Shown: positions 37,386-51,369 of the stretch, one piece after another
Layout: each line of letters starts with the position of its first letter
Position numbering within the stretch: the first letter of the stretch is position 1
Source: Burkholderiales bacterium
Lineage (GTDB): Bacteria; Pseudomonadota; Gammaproteobacteria; Burkholderiales; SG8-39
Direction of reading: 5' to 3'
Length of the DNA: 64,000 bases
NCBI GenBank assembly: GCA_965279075.1
Contig: CBDIHI010000011.1
Coordinates: forward strand, 142,044 to 206,043
Position numbers and translations under genes: made by a program
The notes under the pieces: generated by a model
The model's input: only the letters and a program-made list of their open reading frames with translations
Told to the model about the DNA's origin: nothing
Database searches by the model: none

Positions 37386-38042
37386 GTGTCGGCCGCTTAC
37401 CCGCATCCGCTGATCGCGAAGGAAGGCTGGCCCTTCCTTGCGATCGCGGTCGCCGCCTCCGTGGCGGTCGGGGCCTTTGCCGGATGGGGCTGGTCGATCC
37501 CGCTGTGGATCGCGGCCCTGTTCGTTCTTCAGTTCTTCCGCGACCCGCCGCGCGAGGTGCCCGCCGACCCGCTGGCGGTCCTGTCGCCGGCGGACGGCAG
37601 GATCGTCGTCGTCGGCCGCGCGCGCGACCCGTATCGCGACCGCGACGCCCTCAAGATCAGCGTGTTCATGAACGTGTTCAACGTCCACTCCAACCGCTCG
37701 CCGGTCGACGGGGACGTGAACAAGGTCGAGTACCACGCGGGTTCGTTCTTCAACGCAGCCCTCGACAAGGCTTCGCTCGAGAACGAGCGCAATGCGTTGC
37801 TGATGACCACGAAGTCCGGGCAGGAAATCACCTGCGTGCAGGTCGCCGGGCTCATTGCGCGGCGCATCCTCTGTTATGTCGGCGCCGGCACCGGCCTCGC
37901 GCGCGGGCAGCGCTACGGCTTTATCCGTTTCGGCTCGCGCGTCGATCTGTACCTGCCGCTCGACGCGCAGCCCGTCGCGGCGATCGGCGACAAGGTGTAC
38001 GCCTCCGAAACCGTGCTCGCGAGGTTCGCGGACCGTGGCTGA
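37386..38042 (+). CDS. psd: phosphatidylserine decarboxylase, short (Asd-type) form
   Basis: 218 aa with two N-terminal TM segments and a FGSRVD self-processing-type motif near the C-terminus. Adjacent to pssA. Confidence 0.8.
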   Translation: MSAAYPHPLIAKEGWPFLAIAVAASVAVGAFAGWGWSIPLWIAALFVLQFFRDPPREVPADPLAVLSPADGRIVVVGRARDPYRDRDALKISVFMNVFNVHSNRSPVDGDVNKVEYHAGSFFNAALDKASLENERNALLMTTKSGQEITCVQVAGLIARRILCYVGAGTGLARGQRYGFIRFGSRVDLYLPLDAQPVAAIGDKVYASETVLARFADRG

Positions 38043-38802
38043 CGCGCAGGACACAGGGGGGGAGCTCGAACCGCGGGCCCCGCTGCCGCTGCGGCGGCGG
38101 AGCATCTACCTGCTGCCGAACCTCGTCACCACCGCGGCACTGTTCGCCGGGTTCTACGCCATCGTGCAGGCGATGAACGCCCGTTTCGAGCAGGCGGCGG
38201 TCGCGATCTTCGTCGCGATGGTGCTCGACGGACTCGATGGGCGGATCGCCCGCATGACGCGCACGCAAAGCGAGTTCGGCGCGGACTACGACAGCCTCTC
38301 CGACATGGTTTCGTTCGGCGCGGCGCCGGCCCTAGTGATGTACGTATGGGCGCTGAAGGACCTAGGGACGCTGGGCTGGATCCCGGCCTTCGTCTATTGC
38401 GCGGCGGCGGCGGTACGCCTCGCGCGCTTCAATACCAACATCGAGATCGTCGACAAGCGCTATTTCCAGGGGCTGCCGAGCCCGGCCGCGGCCGCGCTCG
38501 TCGCCGGCTTCATCTGGGTCGCAGGCGAGTTCGGCATAGAAAGGGCCGACTGGATCCGCTATATCGCTTTCGCCACCACACTGTTCGCCGGCATCACGAT
38601 GGTGGTCAGCATCCCGTTCTACAGCTTCAAGGACTTCAACCTCCGCAAGCGCGTTCCCTTCTGGGTGGTGCCCGTGATCATCGGCGGGATCACCGTCGTG
38701 GCCGCCAGCCCGTCGATGGTGCTGTTCCTGATGTTCGTCGCGTACTCGATGTCGGGGTACGTGGTCTGGGCCATCCGCAAGCTGGCCCCCAAGCGGGCCT
38801 GA
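38035..38802 (+). CDS. pssA: CDP-diacylglycerol--serine O-phosphatidyltransferase
   Basis: CDP-alcohol phosphatidyltransferase motif DGLDGRIAR-x8-GADYDSLSD. GTG start at 38035 overlaps the psd stop. The start is uncertain. Confidence 0.85.
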   Translation: MADAQDTGGELEPRAPLPLRRRSIYLLPNLVTTAALFAGFYAIVQAMNARFEQAAVAIFVAMVLDGLDGRIARMTRTQSEFGADYDSLSDMVSFGAAPALVMYVWALKDLGTLGWIPAFVYCAAAAVRLARFNTNIEIVDKRYFQGLPSPAAAALVAGFIWVAGEFGIERADWIRYIAFATTLFAGITMVVSIPFYSFKDFNLRKRVPFWVVPVIIGGITVVAASPSMVLFLMFVAYSMSGYVVWAIRKLAPKRA

Positions 38803-38852
38803 CTGCGGGCCTGACTTGCGTACCGGCCTGAAGGCCGTTATATTTGCGTGAT

Positions 38853-38945
38853 ATGCAGCCCTCGAACCTCCTTCGTTCGACCGACCTCAGCCTGGCGCTA
38901 CTGCCGCCGGCTGGGCTGCTGCTGCGCCCCGCGCGCACACTCTAA
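38853..38945 (+). promoter_or_regulatory. candidate leucine-rich leader peptide ORF upstream of leuA
   Basis: ATG...TAA encodes [30 protein letters not shown], with 10 Leu in 30 residues including an LLL run. It lies 92 nt upstream of leuA. A GC-rich hairpin (CCTCC..GCC-gcaa-GGC..GGAGG) and a T5 run follow it. Confidence 0.45.
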
Positions 38946-39037
38946 CCCCCCCATCCGGAGTACCCCCGCCTCCCCGCCGCAAGGCCCGGAGGGACGGCAC
39001 ACATGCACCCATTTTTCGGACTTCCCCAGGAGCGACC

Positions 39038-40585
<1,548 letters not shown>

Positions 40586-40594
40586 CCGCGCCGC

Positions 40595-43201
<2,607 letters not shown>

Positions 43202-43210
43202 GGAATCGGC

Positions 43211-44176
43211 TTAGGGAACAGGGACGGCGGCAAGCAACTGCGCGCCGATGTCCACGCGCCGGTTCGCGTCGTGGGCGGGCCGCAAGCGATGTGCGGCGAC
43301 GCCGGGCAGCACGGCCTGGACGTCTTCGGGGATCACCTTGTCGCGGCCTTCGAGGAAAGCCCAGGCGCGGGCCGAATGCACCATGGCCAATGCCGCCCGG
43401 GGCGACAGTCCCGCCACGTAGTCCGGCGAACGGCGGGTGTGCTCGATGATGGCCTGCACATAGTCCAGCAGCGCCGGTGCCACATGCGTGCGCGCGGCCT
43501 CGGCCTGCAAGGTCACCAGTTCCACGGGCGTCAGGCAGGGCTTGAGCGCCGCCAGCATTTCGCGGCGGTCCGCGCCGGCTAGCAGTGCACGCTCGGCTTC
43601 GCGTCCCGGGTAGCCCAGCTCCAGCCGCATCAGGAAGCGGTCGAGCTGCGACTCGGGCAGCGGGAATGTGCCGACCTGCTCGGTCGGGTTCTGCGTGGCG
43701 ATGACGAAGAAAGGCTCGGGCAGTCGGCGCGTTTCGCCCTCCGCAGTCACCTGGTGTTCCTCCATGGCCTCGAGCAGGGCGCTCTGCGTCTTCGGCGTGG
43801 CCCGGTTCACCTCGTCGGCAAGGATCACCTGCGCGAACACCGGCCCCGGGTGGAACTTGAACGCACCCGACTCGCGCTCGTAAACCGAGACCCCGATGAT
43901 GTCGGCGGGCAGCATGTCGCTGGTGAACTGGATGCGGTGGAAGTCGAGCCCGAGCGTACGGGCGAGCACTTGCGCGAGCGTTGTCTTGCCCACGCCGGGC
44001 AGGTCCTCGATCAGCAGGTGGCCCTTCGCGAGCAGGCACGCGAGGGCCATGCGGATCTGGGTTTCCTTGCCGAGGATGATCTGGCCGGCCGCCTCGATGA
44101 CGCGCTGCATCGGGGCGTTCGGGCCGGGCTGGAACTGGGGTTTGAGCAGCATGCCCGGATTGTAAGGGCTGGGCAT
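43211..44176 (-). CDS. MoxR-family AAA+ ATPase
   Basis: Walker A DLPGVGKT, Walker B ILADEVNRA, and the sensor region ATQNP. ATGs further downstream are possible starts. Confidence 0.85.
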   Translation of the reverse strand: MPSPYNPGMLLKPQFQPGPNAPMQRVIEAAGQIILGKETQIRMALACLLAKGHLLIEDLPGVGKTTLAQVLARTLGLDFHRIQFTSDMLPADIIGVSVYERESGAFKFHPGPVFAQVILADEVNRATPKTQSALLEAMEEHQVTAEGETRRLPEPFFVIATQNPTEQVGTFPLPESQLDRFLMRLELGYPGREAERALLAGADRREMLAALKPCLTPVELVTLQAEAARTHVAPALLDYVQAIIEHTRRSPDYVAGLSPRAALAMVHSARAWAFLEGRDKVIPEDVQAVLPGVAAHRLRPAHDANRRVDIGAQLLAAVPVP

Positions 44177-44254
44177 GCGCCGCGGCTAGCCGATGCCCGG
44201 TTTACGCTATGATTCGACAACAAAATCACGCACCGATTCCGCGCACCGATTGTC

Positions 44255-45181
44255 ATGACCACGGCCTTCATCACCCATGCGGACTGCATGAAGCACGATA
44301 TGGGTGCGCACCACCCTGAGTGCCCGGCGCGCCTTGCCGCGATCGAGGACCAGATGATCGCTTCGGGCGTCGGACAATACCTTGCCCGCTACGATGCGCC
44401 GCAGGCGACAGACGACGAAATCGCGCGCGTCCACCCGATCGAGTACGTGCGCGCCATTCGCGAGGCCGCGCCAGCGTCGGGTACGGTACACCTGGATCCC
44501 GACACGGCGATGAACCCGTACAGCCTCACGGCCGCGCTGCATGCCGCGGGGGCGGGCGTGCTTGCCACCGACCTCGTCTACAAGGGGGAGGTCGAGAATG
44601 CCTTCTGCAGCGTCCGCCCGCCCGGGCATCACGCCACGCGCTCGAGGCCGATGGGATTCTGCATCTTCAACAACGTCGCCATCGCGGCACACCATGCCAT
44701 CGACGTGCACGGCGCCAAGCGAGTGGCGATCATCGATTTTGACGTGCACCACGGCAACGGGACCGAGGACATCTTCAGCGGCGACCCGCGTGTGCTGATG
44801 GCCTCCACGTTCCAGCATCCGTTCTACCCTTACAGCGGGACCGAGCCGGCGGCGGAGAACATGGTCAACGTGCCGCTGCCTGCGGGCGCGGGCAGCAAGG
44901 CGTTCCGCGAGGCCGTGACGAAATTCTGGCTGCCTGCGCTGGAGGCGCATAAGCCGGACCTGGTGATCTTTTCCGCCGGGTTCGACGCGCATGCCGAGGA
45001 CGACATGGCGATGCTCGCATTCCAGGATGCGGACTACGCGTGGGTTACGCAGCAGGTAAAGGACATCGCCGACCGCCATGCCGGCGGCCGGATCGTCTCG
45101 ATGCTCGAGGGCGGTTACGACCTGTCCGCCCTCGGCCGCAGTGCCGTGCAGCACCTGCGGGTGCTGGCGGGCCTCAACTAG
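44255..45181 (+). CDS. histone deacetylase-family (class II HDAC-like) amidohydrolase
   Basis: 308 aa. HPECPARL, RPPGHHA and DFDVHHGNGTEDIF motifs. Confidence 0.85.
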   Translation: MTTAFITHADCMKHDMGAHHPECPARLAAIEDQMIASGVGQYLARYDAPQATDDEIARVHPIEYVRAIREAAPASGTVHLDPDTAMNPYSLTAALHAAGAGVLATDLVYKGEVENAFCSVRPPGHHATRSRPMGFCIFNNVAIAAHHAIDVHGAKRVAIIDFDVHHGNGTEDIFSGDPRVLMASTFQHPFYPYSGTEPAAENMVNVPLPAGAGSKAFREAVTKFWLPALEAHKPDLVIFSAGFDAHAEDDMAMLAFQDADYAWVTQQVKDIADRHAGGRIVSMLEGGYDLSALGRSAVQHLRVLAGLN

Positions 45182-45187
45182 GAAACC

Positions 45188-45631
45188 ATGAAGACAAGAC
45201 CCATTCGCACCGCGGCGCCGGTCCTTGCCGCGCTCGCCCTCCTGCTGTCCGGCTGTGGGGGTGGGGGTATCAGCACGGGCGGCCTCTGGCCCTTCGGGGG
45301 CAGCGGTGAGGAGCGATCACGGGTCCCGCCCAATTCGATCACCTACCAGTGCGAGGGCGGCAAGCGCTTCTACCTGCGCTACCTCGACAACGGGGCCGCC
45401 GCCTGGGTGATCCTGCCCGAACGGGAATTCCGCCTCGACAAGGTGCCGGGCGATGGTGGCACGCGCTTCGGGAGCGGCAAGGCGGTCTTGAGCATGGGCG
45501 ACGGCGTCGTGACACTGTCCGACGGGCCGACCGCGAGTTATTCGGGCTGCAGGATCCCCAGCGCCGAACCGCCGAAACCGGCGGCCAAGCCCGAAGCGAA
45601 ACCCCCGGCCAAGCCCGAAACCAAGCCCTAG
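45188..45631 (+). CDS. lipoprotein, MliC-like (membrane-bound lysozyme inhibitor fold) with Pro/Lys/Ala-rich tail
   Basis: Lipobox LLLSGC. ITYQCEGGKRF...W...C pattern. C-terminal PKPAAKPEAKPPAKPETKP. Confidence 0.5.
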   Translation: MKTRPIRTAAPVLAALALLLSGCGGGGISTGGLWPFGGSGEERSRVPPNSITYQCEGGKRFYLRYLDNGAAAWVILPEREFRLDKVPGDGGTRFGSGKAVLSMGDGVVTLSDGPTASYSGCRIPSAEPPKPAAKPEAKPPAKPETKP

Positions 45632-45634
45632 CGC

Positions 45635-45901
45635 TCAGCGCGGCCGGGATTTCGGCACGGCCGGGTTGAAAAGCGCGAGCTCCGCTTTCACCTGGGCGAG
45701 GCTGCGTTCGTAGACGATCTCCCGGCCCATCGCCGATCCCGCATAGGCGAGGCCGTTGCGGGTCGGGGTGAGCTGGCACTTTACGCTGTGGATGCCTTCG
45801 CCGAGCACCACCTCGATGAACTCGGCGCGCTTCGTGAGCACCACGACGTCCATCGACTTGCCGGTGTCGGTGATGCGGACCTTGATTTTCTCTGTGCCCA
45901 T
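45635..45901 (-). CDS. hypothetical small protein
   Basis: 88 aa from MGTEKIKVRITD. Its composition is protein-like, unlike the rest of the track ORF. No motif recognised. Confidence 0.4.
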   Translation of the reverse strand: MGTEKIKVRITDTGKSMDVVVLTKRAEFIEVVLGEGIHSVKCQLTPTRNGLAYAGSAMGREIVYERSLAQVKAELALFNPAVPKSRPR

Positions 45902-45927
45902 GGCGTCTCCCGGTCCGCGGATCGCGG

Positions 45928-46776
45928 TTACTCGACCTTGGCCTTCTGGCGCAGCTCGGCGATCAGCGCCTCGACACGCGTGCGCTGCAGCCGCTGCGAC
46001 AGGTTGGCCTTGACCTCCGCGAACGGCGGATGCTGCGCGCCGCGCGAATCGTCGAGCTGGATCACGTGGAACCCGAAGCGTGTCTTCACCGGGACTTCGG
46101 TAAACCTGCCCTTGGCGAGCTTGACCATCGCGGTGGAAAAGTCCTTGTCGAAGGTGCCCGGCGCCTGCCATTCGAGGTCGCCGCCCTTGGCCTTCGTGCC
46201 GTCGTCCTTCGAGAGCTTCCTCGCGAGGTCGTCGAACCTGGCGCCTTTCTTCAGGTCGGCAATGACGCCCTTGGCCTCGTCCTCGGTGCCCACCAGGATG
46301 TGCCGCGCCTTGTACTCCCGGTCGCCCAGCTCGCCCTTGATGCGCTCGTATTCCTTCTGCATCTCGGCATCGGTGATCGGGTGGGTGCGGATGTATTCGC
46401 GCAGGTAGGCCTGCACGATCACGGTCTGGCGCACCAGCTCGAGCTCGTTCTGCAGCTCGGCCTTCTTCGTCAGCCCGCTCCTGATGGCTTCCTGCGAGAT
46501 GATCTCGCGGTTGATGAGCTCGTCGCGGACCGCGGCGCGCAGCGCCTGGCTGTCGGGCTGGCCCTGCTGCGCCCTTTCCCGGATCAGCAGCTCACCGCGT
46601 TGCTGCGGGATCGCGACGCCGTTCACTGTCGCGACCGGGCCCGTCGGCGCAGCCGCGAGCGCGGCGGGCACAGGCGGGGCCGGCTTCGCGGGGGCCTGCG
46701 CGAACGCCGGGGCGGCGGCGAGCAGCCCCGAGGCGAAGGCGGCGGCCAGTGCGGTTGTGAGCGGTAGGGATTTCAT
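45928..46776 (-). CDS. periplasmic peptidyl-prolyl cis-trans isomerase (parvulin/PpiC-type with SurA-like N-domain)
   Basis: Signal peptide MKSLPLTTALAAAFASGLLAAAPAFA. Parvulin core YKARHILV...GGDLEW...FGFHVIQL. Confidence 0.8.
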   Translation of the reverse strand: MKSLPLTTALAAAFASGLLAAAPAFAQAPAKPAPPVPAALAAAPTGPVATVNGVAIPQQRGELLIRERAQQGQPDSQALRAAVRDELINREIISQEAIRSGLTKKAELQNELELVRQTVIVQAYLREYIRTHPITDAEMQKEYERIKGELGDREYKARHILVGTEDEAKGVIADLKKGARFDDLARKLSKDDGTKAKGGDLEWQAPGTFDKDFSTAMVKLAKGRFTEVPVKTRFGFHVIQLDDSRGAQHPPFAEVKANLSQRLQRTRVEALIAELRQKAKVE

Positions 46777-46816
46777 CTTGGTCCTTTCGGGTTGGTAGTC
46801 GGGGTGCCGGCGGGCC

Positions 46817-47083
46817 TCAGGCCTCGTCCGGTGTCCGCGCGCGGATCTGCAGCGCATGGATCGGGTTGTTCATCAACTCGCCGAGGGCAGCGTACACCAT
46901 GCGGTGGCGCGCCACAGTGGGCTTGCCGACGAAGGCGCGCGAGACGATTTCCACGCTCCAGTGCGTGTTGCCGCCGGGCGCCGCGCCGGCGTGGCCTGCA
47001 TGCGCCGCGCTGTCATCCGAGAGCGAGAGCGATTCAGGGGCGAGCGCCGCCAGGCGCTCGCGCAGGAGCGGCTCCAGGTTCAC
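46817..47083 (-). CDS. BolA-family protein
   Basis: 88 aa. HAGH...[20 protein letters not shown] pattern. The GTG start overlaps the yciB stop. Confidence 0.7.
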   Translation of the reverse strand: MNLEPLLRERLAALAPESLSLSDDSAAHAGHAGAAPGGNTHWSVEIVSRAFVGKPTVARHRMVYAALGELMNNPIHALQIRARTPDEA

Positions 47084-47631
47084 GGTTTTCCGCTCCCGGC
47101 GGGGTCGTGCTCCATGTGGCGCGAAAGGAACACAGCCTGCCCGATTACGAAAACGAACATCAGCCCCATGCCGCCGAACAGCTTGAAGTTGACCCAGACA
47201 TCGGTCGGGTAGTTGAAGGCGACGTACAAGTTGGCCGCGCCCATGAAGGCGAAGAACCCGGCCCAGCTCCACAGCAGGCGCGTCCATGCAGGCGCGGGAA
47301 GCTGGAGCTGCTTCTCCATCATCGCGCGGATCAGGTTCTTGCCGAACGCGACACGCGAGATGGCCAGCGCCCCTGCGAACAGCCAGTACAGCACGGTGGG
47401 CTTCCACTTGATGAAGGTCTCGTCCTGCAGCAGCAGCGTCGCGCTGCCGAACACGACGATGACGCCGAAACTCACCCATAGCATGGGCTCGACCTTGCGG
47501 TGGCGCACCCAGACCCATGCGATCTGCCCGACGGTCGCCGCCATGGCGACCGCGGTCGCCACATAGATGCCCCAGGCCTTGAACGCGGCAAAGAACAGGA
47601 TCACCGGGAAGAGGTCGAAAAGGAATTTCAT
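47080..47631 (-). CDS. yciB: intracellular septation protein A (YciB/IspZ)
   Basis: 183 aa. [14 protein letters not shown] start and 5 TM segments. Confidence 0.85.
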   Translation of the reverse strand: MKFLFDLFPVILFFAAFKAWGIYVATAVAMAATVGQIAWVWVRHRKVEPMLWVSFGVIVVFGSATLLLQDETFIKWKPTVLYWLFAGALAISRVAFGKNLIRAMMEKQLQLPAPAWTRLLWSWAGFFAFMGAANLYVAFNYPTDVWVNFKLFGGMGLMFVFVIGQAVFLSRHMEHDPAGSGKP

Positions 47632-47674
47632 GGGAGCGGGAGTTTATCACCCCGGGTCCCCGGGGCCGGAGGGA

Positions 47675-48064
47675 CTATTTCCCCTCGAAGCGCAGTGAGG
47701 CGGAGTTGATGCAGTAGCGCAGGCCGGTGGGCTGCGGGCCGTCGTCGAACACGTGCCCCAGGTGCGCCTCGCACGCCGAACAGTGCACTTCGGTGCGGCG
47801 CGAGAAGAAGCTGTTGTCTTCCTGCGTGGCCACGCCCTGCTGCGCGGAAGGCTGCCAGTAGCTCGGCCACCCGGTGCCGGAATCGAATTTGTGGTCCGAG
47901 GAGAACAACTCCGCGCCGCAGCAGACGCAGAGATAAACCCCTTTGCCGTGGTGGTCGTGGTACTCGCCGGTGAAGGCCGGCTCGGTGCCGTGCCTGCGCG
48001 TCACCTTGTACTGCATGGGGGTCAGTTCCGCCTTCCACTCCGCGTCGGTCTTGCCTGGCTTCAA
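47675..48064 (-). CDS. msrB: peptide-methionine (R)-S-oxide reductase MsrB
   Basis: CVCCG and [12 protein letters not shown] zinc/active-site motifs, plus RYCINS. TTG start 5 nt after AAGGAGG. Confidence 0.9.
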   Translation of the reverse strand: MKPGKTDAEWKAELTPMQYKVTRRHGTEPAFTGEYHDHHGKGVYLCVCCGAELFSSDHKFDSGTGWPSYWQPSAQQGVATQEDNSFFSRRTEVHCSACEAHLGHVFDDGPQPTGLRYCINSASLRFEGK

Positions 48065-48166
48065 TCGATCCTCCTTGTGATGTCCGGGGCGCCGGGCACT
48101 GCTATTATCGGTCAGGTTCCCGTCGCAAGGGCCGCGTGTCAGACCCCGCCCGTCAGGAGGAGTTCC

Positions 48167-49159
48167 ATGATCGCGCAAGCGGCCATCCTGTTCGCAATCC
48201 TCGCAGCCGCCGCGGCTTCCGTCCACGCCGGGGGCTCCAACTATGGGGTGGTCCCGGGGCAGCGCGAGATATCCGGGCGGATCAGCGAATGGTCCGTGCC
48301 CACGCCGAAGTTCGCGCGCGATCCGGCCGTCGCCCCGGACGGCAGCATCTTCGTCACCGTGATGTTCGGCAACCGTATCGCCCGGTTCGACACGGTCGCG
48401 AAGTCCTTCAGGGAATGGGACCTGCCCGCAGGCGCGAAACCCCACGGGCTGGTCGTGGCGAAGGACGGGCACGTGTTCTACACCGGCAACGGCAACGGGA
48501 CGCTGGGCGAGCTGGATCCGGCGACCGGCAAGGTCGTGGAGCACAAGGCGCCTTCCGCGGGCGACCCGCATACGGTGGTGCTGGATGCTGCGGGCAACCC
48601 CTGGTTCACGGCGCAGGGCGCGGGCCGCATCGGCTGGCTCGACCGCGCAAGCGGCAGGATTACCGAATACGCGATGCCGGGCGGCCCTTACGGCCTGTCG
48701 ATCGACAGGCAGGGCAACGTCTGGGTGTGCCGGATGGGCGCCAATGCGCTCGGCAAGCTCGACCCGAAAACGGGCAAGGTAGAGGAACTGCCCATGGGCC
48801 CCGGCACGCGGCCCCGCCGCGTGGCCACCGCGCCCGACGGGATGCTCTGGGTGGCCCTGTACGGTTCGGGCGAACTCGCCAAGGTCGATCCGGCGGCGAT
48901 GAAGCTGCTGAAAAAATACCCTTTGCCGGCCGGCTCGCGCGGCGGGCCTTACGCGGTCGCGGTCGACGGTGGGGGGCGCGTTTGGGTGAACGAAATCGAC
49001 ACCGACACGGTGGCCCTGTTCGACCCGAAGGCGGATAAGGTCGTGCGGGTCTTCGACCTGCCGACCAAGGGCGCCGGTATCCGCAAGGCGGTCATCGACG
49101 CGCAGGGCCGCTACTGGTACATGGGCTCGCACAACGGCAAGCTTGGTGTAATCGAGTAG
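48167..49159 (+). CDS. secreted beta-propeller protein, Vgb (streptogramin lyase)-like family
   Basis: Signal peptide [21 protein letters not shown]. Repeated blades contain G..W.T. motifs ([28 protein letters not shown]). Confidence 0.55.
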   Translation: MIAQAAILFAILAAAAASVHAGGSNYGVVPGQREISGRISEWSVPTPKFARDPAVAPDGSIFVTVMFGNRIARFDTVAKSFREWDLPAGAKPHGLVVAKDGHVFYTGNGNGTLGELDPATGKVVEHKAPSAGDPHTVVLDAAGNPWFTAQGAGRIGWLDRASGRITEYAMPGGPYGLSIDRQGNVWVCRMGANALGKLDPKTGKVEELPMGPGTRPRRVATAPDGMLWVALYGSGELAKVDPAAMKLLKKYPLPAGSRGGPYAVAVDGGGRVWVNEIDTDTVALFDPKADKVVRVFDLPTKGAGIRKAVIDAQGRYWYMGSHNGKLGVIE

Positions 49160-49206
49160 GAGCACGATTCCGGTAGATTGGCGCCAGGCTTGGGGGAGGA
49201 GGAAGC

Positions 49207-49866
49207 ATGGAACCGATGAGATTCAGAGTATCCGCGGCCCTGGTAGTCGCGATGTTGTGCTGCACGGCGCCGCTGCCTGCGCAGGCGCAGCCCCAGGAAG
49301 AGGGCGCGCCGTTCGGCCAGCTGATCGATGGCGTGCGCGGACTGTTCAACAGGCTGTTCGGCAGTGATTCGAAAAAGCCGGATGCCGGGACCGAAGCGCC
49401 TCCATCACCGCCGGCACCGCCTCCGGCCGCGGCGGCCCAAACCGCGCCTGCTCCCGCCCCTGCGCCCGCGGAACCAGTTGCGGCTGTCGCACGCGACCTG
49501 CACGAAGCCGTCGTGAGCGGGGACTACGACGCGACGCTCAGGCTACTCGACCAGGGCGCGGACATCGAAGCCCGGGACCCCCGCTCGGGCGCCTCCCCGC
49601 TCCACTACGCCGTCATGAAAGGCCGCATGCCGATCATCGACCTGCTGCTTTCGCGCGGGGCCGACGTGAACAGCCGCACCCGCAACGGCACCACCCCGCT
49701 GCACACTGCCGCGCTCTACGCGCGCAAGGAAGTCGCCGAACGGCTGATCGAGAAGAACGCCGACGTCAACGCCTTGAGCGTGGGCGGTTCGACGCCACTG
49801 GCGCTTGCCACCGCCGCGAAGAACAAGCCGCTGGCCGAGATGCTGCGCGAGCGGGGCGGGAAATAG
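49207..49866 (+). CDS. secreted ankyrin-repeat protein
   Basis: Signal peptide and a Pro/Ala linker, followed by ANK repeats ([56 protein letters not shown]). Confidence 0.8.
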   Translation: MEPMRFRVSAALVVAMLCCTAPLPAQAQPQEEGAPFGQLIDGVRGLFNRLFGSDSKKPDAGTEAPPSPPAPPPAAAAQTAPAPAPAPAEPVAAVARDLHEAVVSGDYDATLRLLDQGADIEARDPRSGASPLHYAVMKGRMPIIDLLLSRGADVNSRTRNGTTPLHTAALYARKEVAERLIEKNADVNALSVGGSTPLALATAAKNKPLAEMLRERGGK

Positions 49867-49881
49867 GGCCCCGCGCGGTCC

Positions 49882-51369
49882 TCAGGAGGAGCAACTGACC
49901 GAGATCGCACCCGCCCAGTCGGGCGGAAGGCCGGCGTAGCGCCGCATGCCGGGTTGCTCGGTGAAGGGGTCGGCAAGCAGGCGGCGGAGGGCCTCGATCG
50001 CGGTGTAGTCCCGCTGGTCGCGCGCCTTCTCGATCGCCTCCTCCGCCATCCAGTTGCGCAGGACGTAGGCCGGGTTCGTGGCGTCCATCCTGGTGCGTCG
50101 CTCGGCGTCCATGGAGTGCTCCCGCGCCAGCCTCGCACGGTACTCTCCGGCCCATGCGTCGAAGGCTTCGCGCCCGGTGAACTGGTCGCGAAGCGCGGTG
50201 TTCCTCGCACCGGCCGTCGTGTCGAATCCGGACAGGCTGCGGAACAAGAACGTGAAATCGGTCCGGCTCGCGTGCATCAGGCCGAGCAGCCGCTCGACCA
50301 GCCCGGCGTCCCCGTCCTCGGTGGTCAGGAGGCCGAGCTTGGCGCGCATCAGCGTCGAGTAAGCGCTGTCGAAGGCCGGCTCGAACCGCTGCAGCGCCGC
50401 CTCCGCCTCCTCCATTTCCATCAGCGGCAGCAGTGCCTGCCCCAGGCAATACAGGTTCCAGCGCGCTATGCCCGGCTGCATGTTGTAGGCATAGCGGCCA
50501 CCGTCGTCGGAGTGGTTGCAGACATGGTTCCAGTCGAACCCGTCGAGGAAGCCGTAGGGGCCGTAGTCGATGGTCAGGCCGAGGATCGACATGTTGTCGG
50601 TGTTCATGACGCCATGGCAGAAGCCCACCGACTGCCAGCGGGCGACGAGTTCCGCGGTGCGGTAGGCCACCTCCGAGAGCAGCGCCAGGTACGGCTTCCC
50701 GGCATTCAGCAGTTCGGGGAAGTGCTCTCGCAGCATGTAGTCGGCAAGCACCCGCACCTGCTCCTCCTGCCTGCGGTGGTAGAACAACTCGAACGAGCCG
50801 AAGCGCACGTGGCAGGGGGCCATGCGGGTCAGCACCGCGGCGGATTCGACCGCCTCGCGGCGCACCGGCGCGTCGCTGCCTGCGATGGCCAGGGCCCGCG
50901 TCGTGGGGATGCCAAGGCCGTGCATAGCCTCCGAGCAGAGGTATTCGCGGATCGTGGAGCGCAGCACCGCACGGCCGTCCGCCATGCGCGAATAGGGCGT
51001 GCGCCCCGCACCCTTCAGCTGCAGGTCCCAGCGGCGCCCGTCCGGTCCGCGGGCCTCGCCCAGCAGGATCGCGCGTCCGTCGCCCAGTTGCGGGACAAAG
51101 GTGCCGAACTGGTGCCCGGCATAGATCGCAGCGAGCGGGTCGGCGCCCGTGGGCACCCGGTTGCCGCTGCAGATCTCCAGGAACGCCTTCGTCCCGGCCT
51201 GCGACGGCTCGAGGCCGACGAGCGCCGCCGCCGAAGGATTGAACGCCACCAGGTAGGGGTCCGGCAGCGGCGTGGGTTGCAGCCGTGTGTGGAAGGCGCC
51301 CGGCAGTCGGGCGAAGGTGTTGTCGAAGTCGAACGGCCCCGTTGCCGTGTTCGGCCGGGGAACGCTCAA
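49882..51369 (-). CDS. selO: protein adenylyltransferase SelO (YdiU, UPF0061)
   Basis: FDNTFARLPGAFHT, GDGRAILLGE and HGVMNTDNMSILGLTIDYGPYGF are SelO hallmarks. The TTG start after AGGAG overlaps the upstream gene stop (TTGA). Confidence 0.9.
   Translation of the reverse strand: MSVPRPNTATGPFDFDNTFARLPGAFHTRLQPTPLPDPYLVAFNPSAAALVGLEPSQAGTKAFLEICSGNRVPTGADPLAAIYAGHQFGTFVPQLGDGRAILLGEARGPDGRRWDLQLKGAGRTPYSRMADGRAVLRSTIREYLCSEAMHGLGIPTTRALAIAGSDAPVRREAVESAAVLTRMAPCHVRFGSFELFYHRRQEEQVRVLADYMLREHFPELLNAGKPYLALLSEVAYRTAELVARWQSVGFCHGVMNTDNMSILGLTIDYGPYGFLDGFDWNHVCNHSDDGGRYAYNMQPGIARWNLYCLGQALLPLMEMEEAEAALQRFEPAFDSAYSTLMRAKLGLLTTEDGDAGLVERLLGLMHASRTDFTFLFRSLSGFDTTAGARNTALRDQFTGREAFDAWAGEYRARLAREHSMDAERRTRMDATNPAYVLRNWMAEEAIEKARDQRDYTAIEALRRLLADPFTEQPGMRRYAGLPPDWAGAISVSCSS

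Noticed and set aside
43211-44176. MoxR ATPase as the core of a multi-gene (defence or VWA-chaperone) system
   Set aside because: No partner genes (DUF58, VWA, BatA-D, nuclease or effector) flank it. Its neighbours are pyrF and an HDAC-like housekeeping-type gene.
45557-45628. Pro-Lys-Ala periodic DNA repeat at the 3' end of the lipoprotein gene
   Set aside because: It is in frame and encodes a low-complexity PxKP tail (PKPAAKPEAKPPAKPETKP) common in envelope lipoproteins. It is not an independent repeat element.
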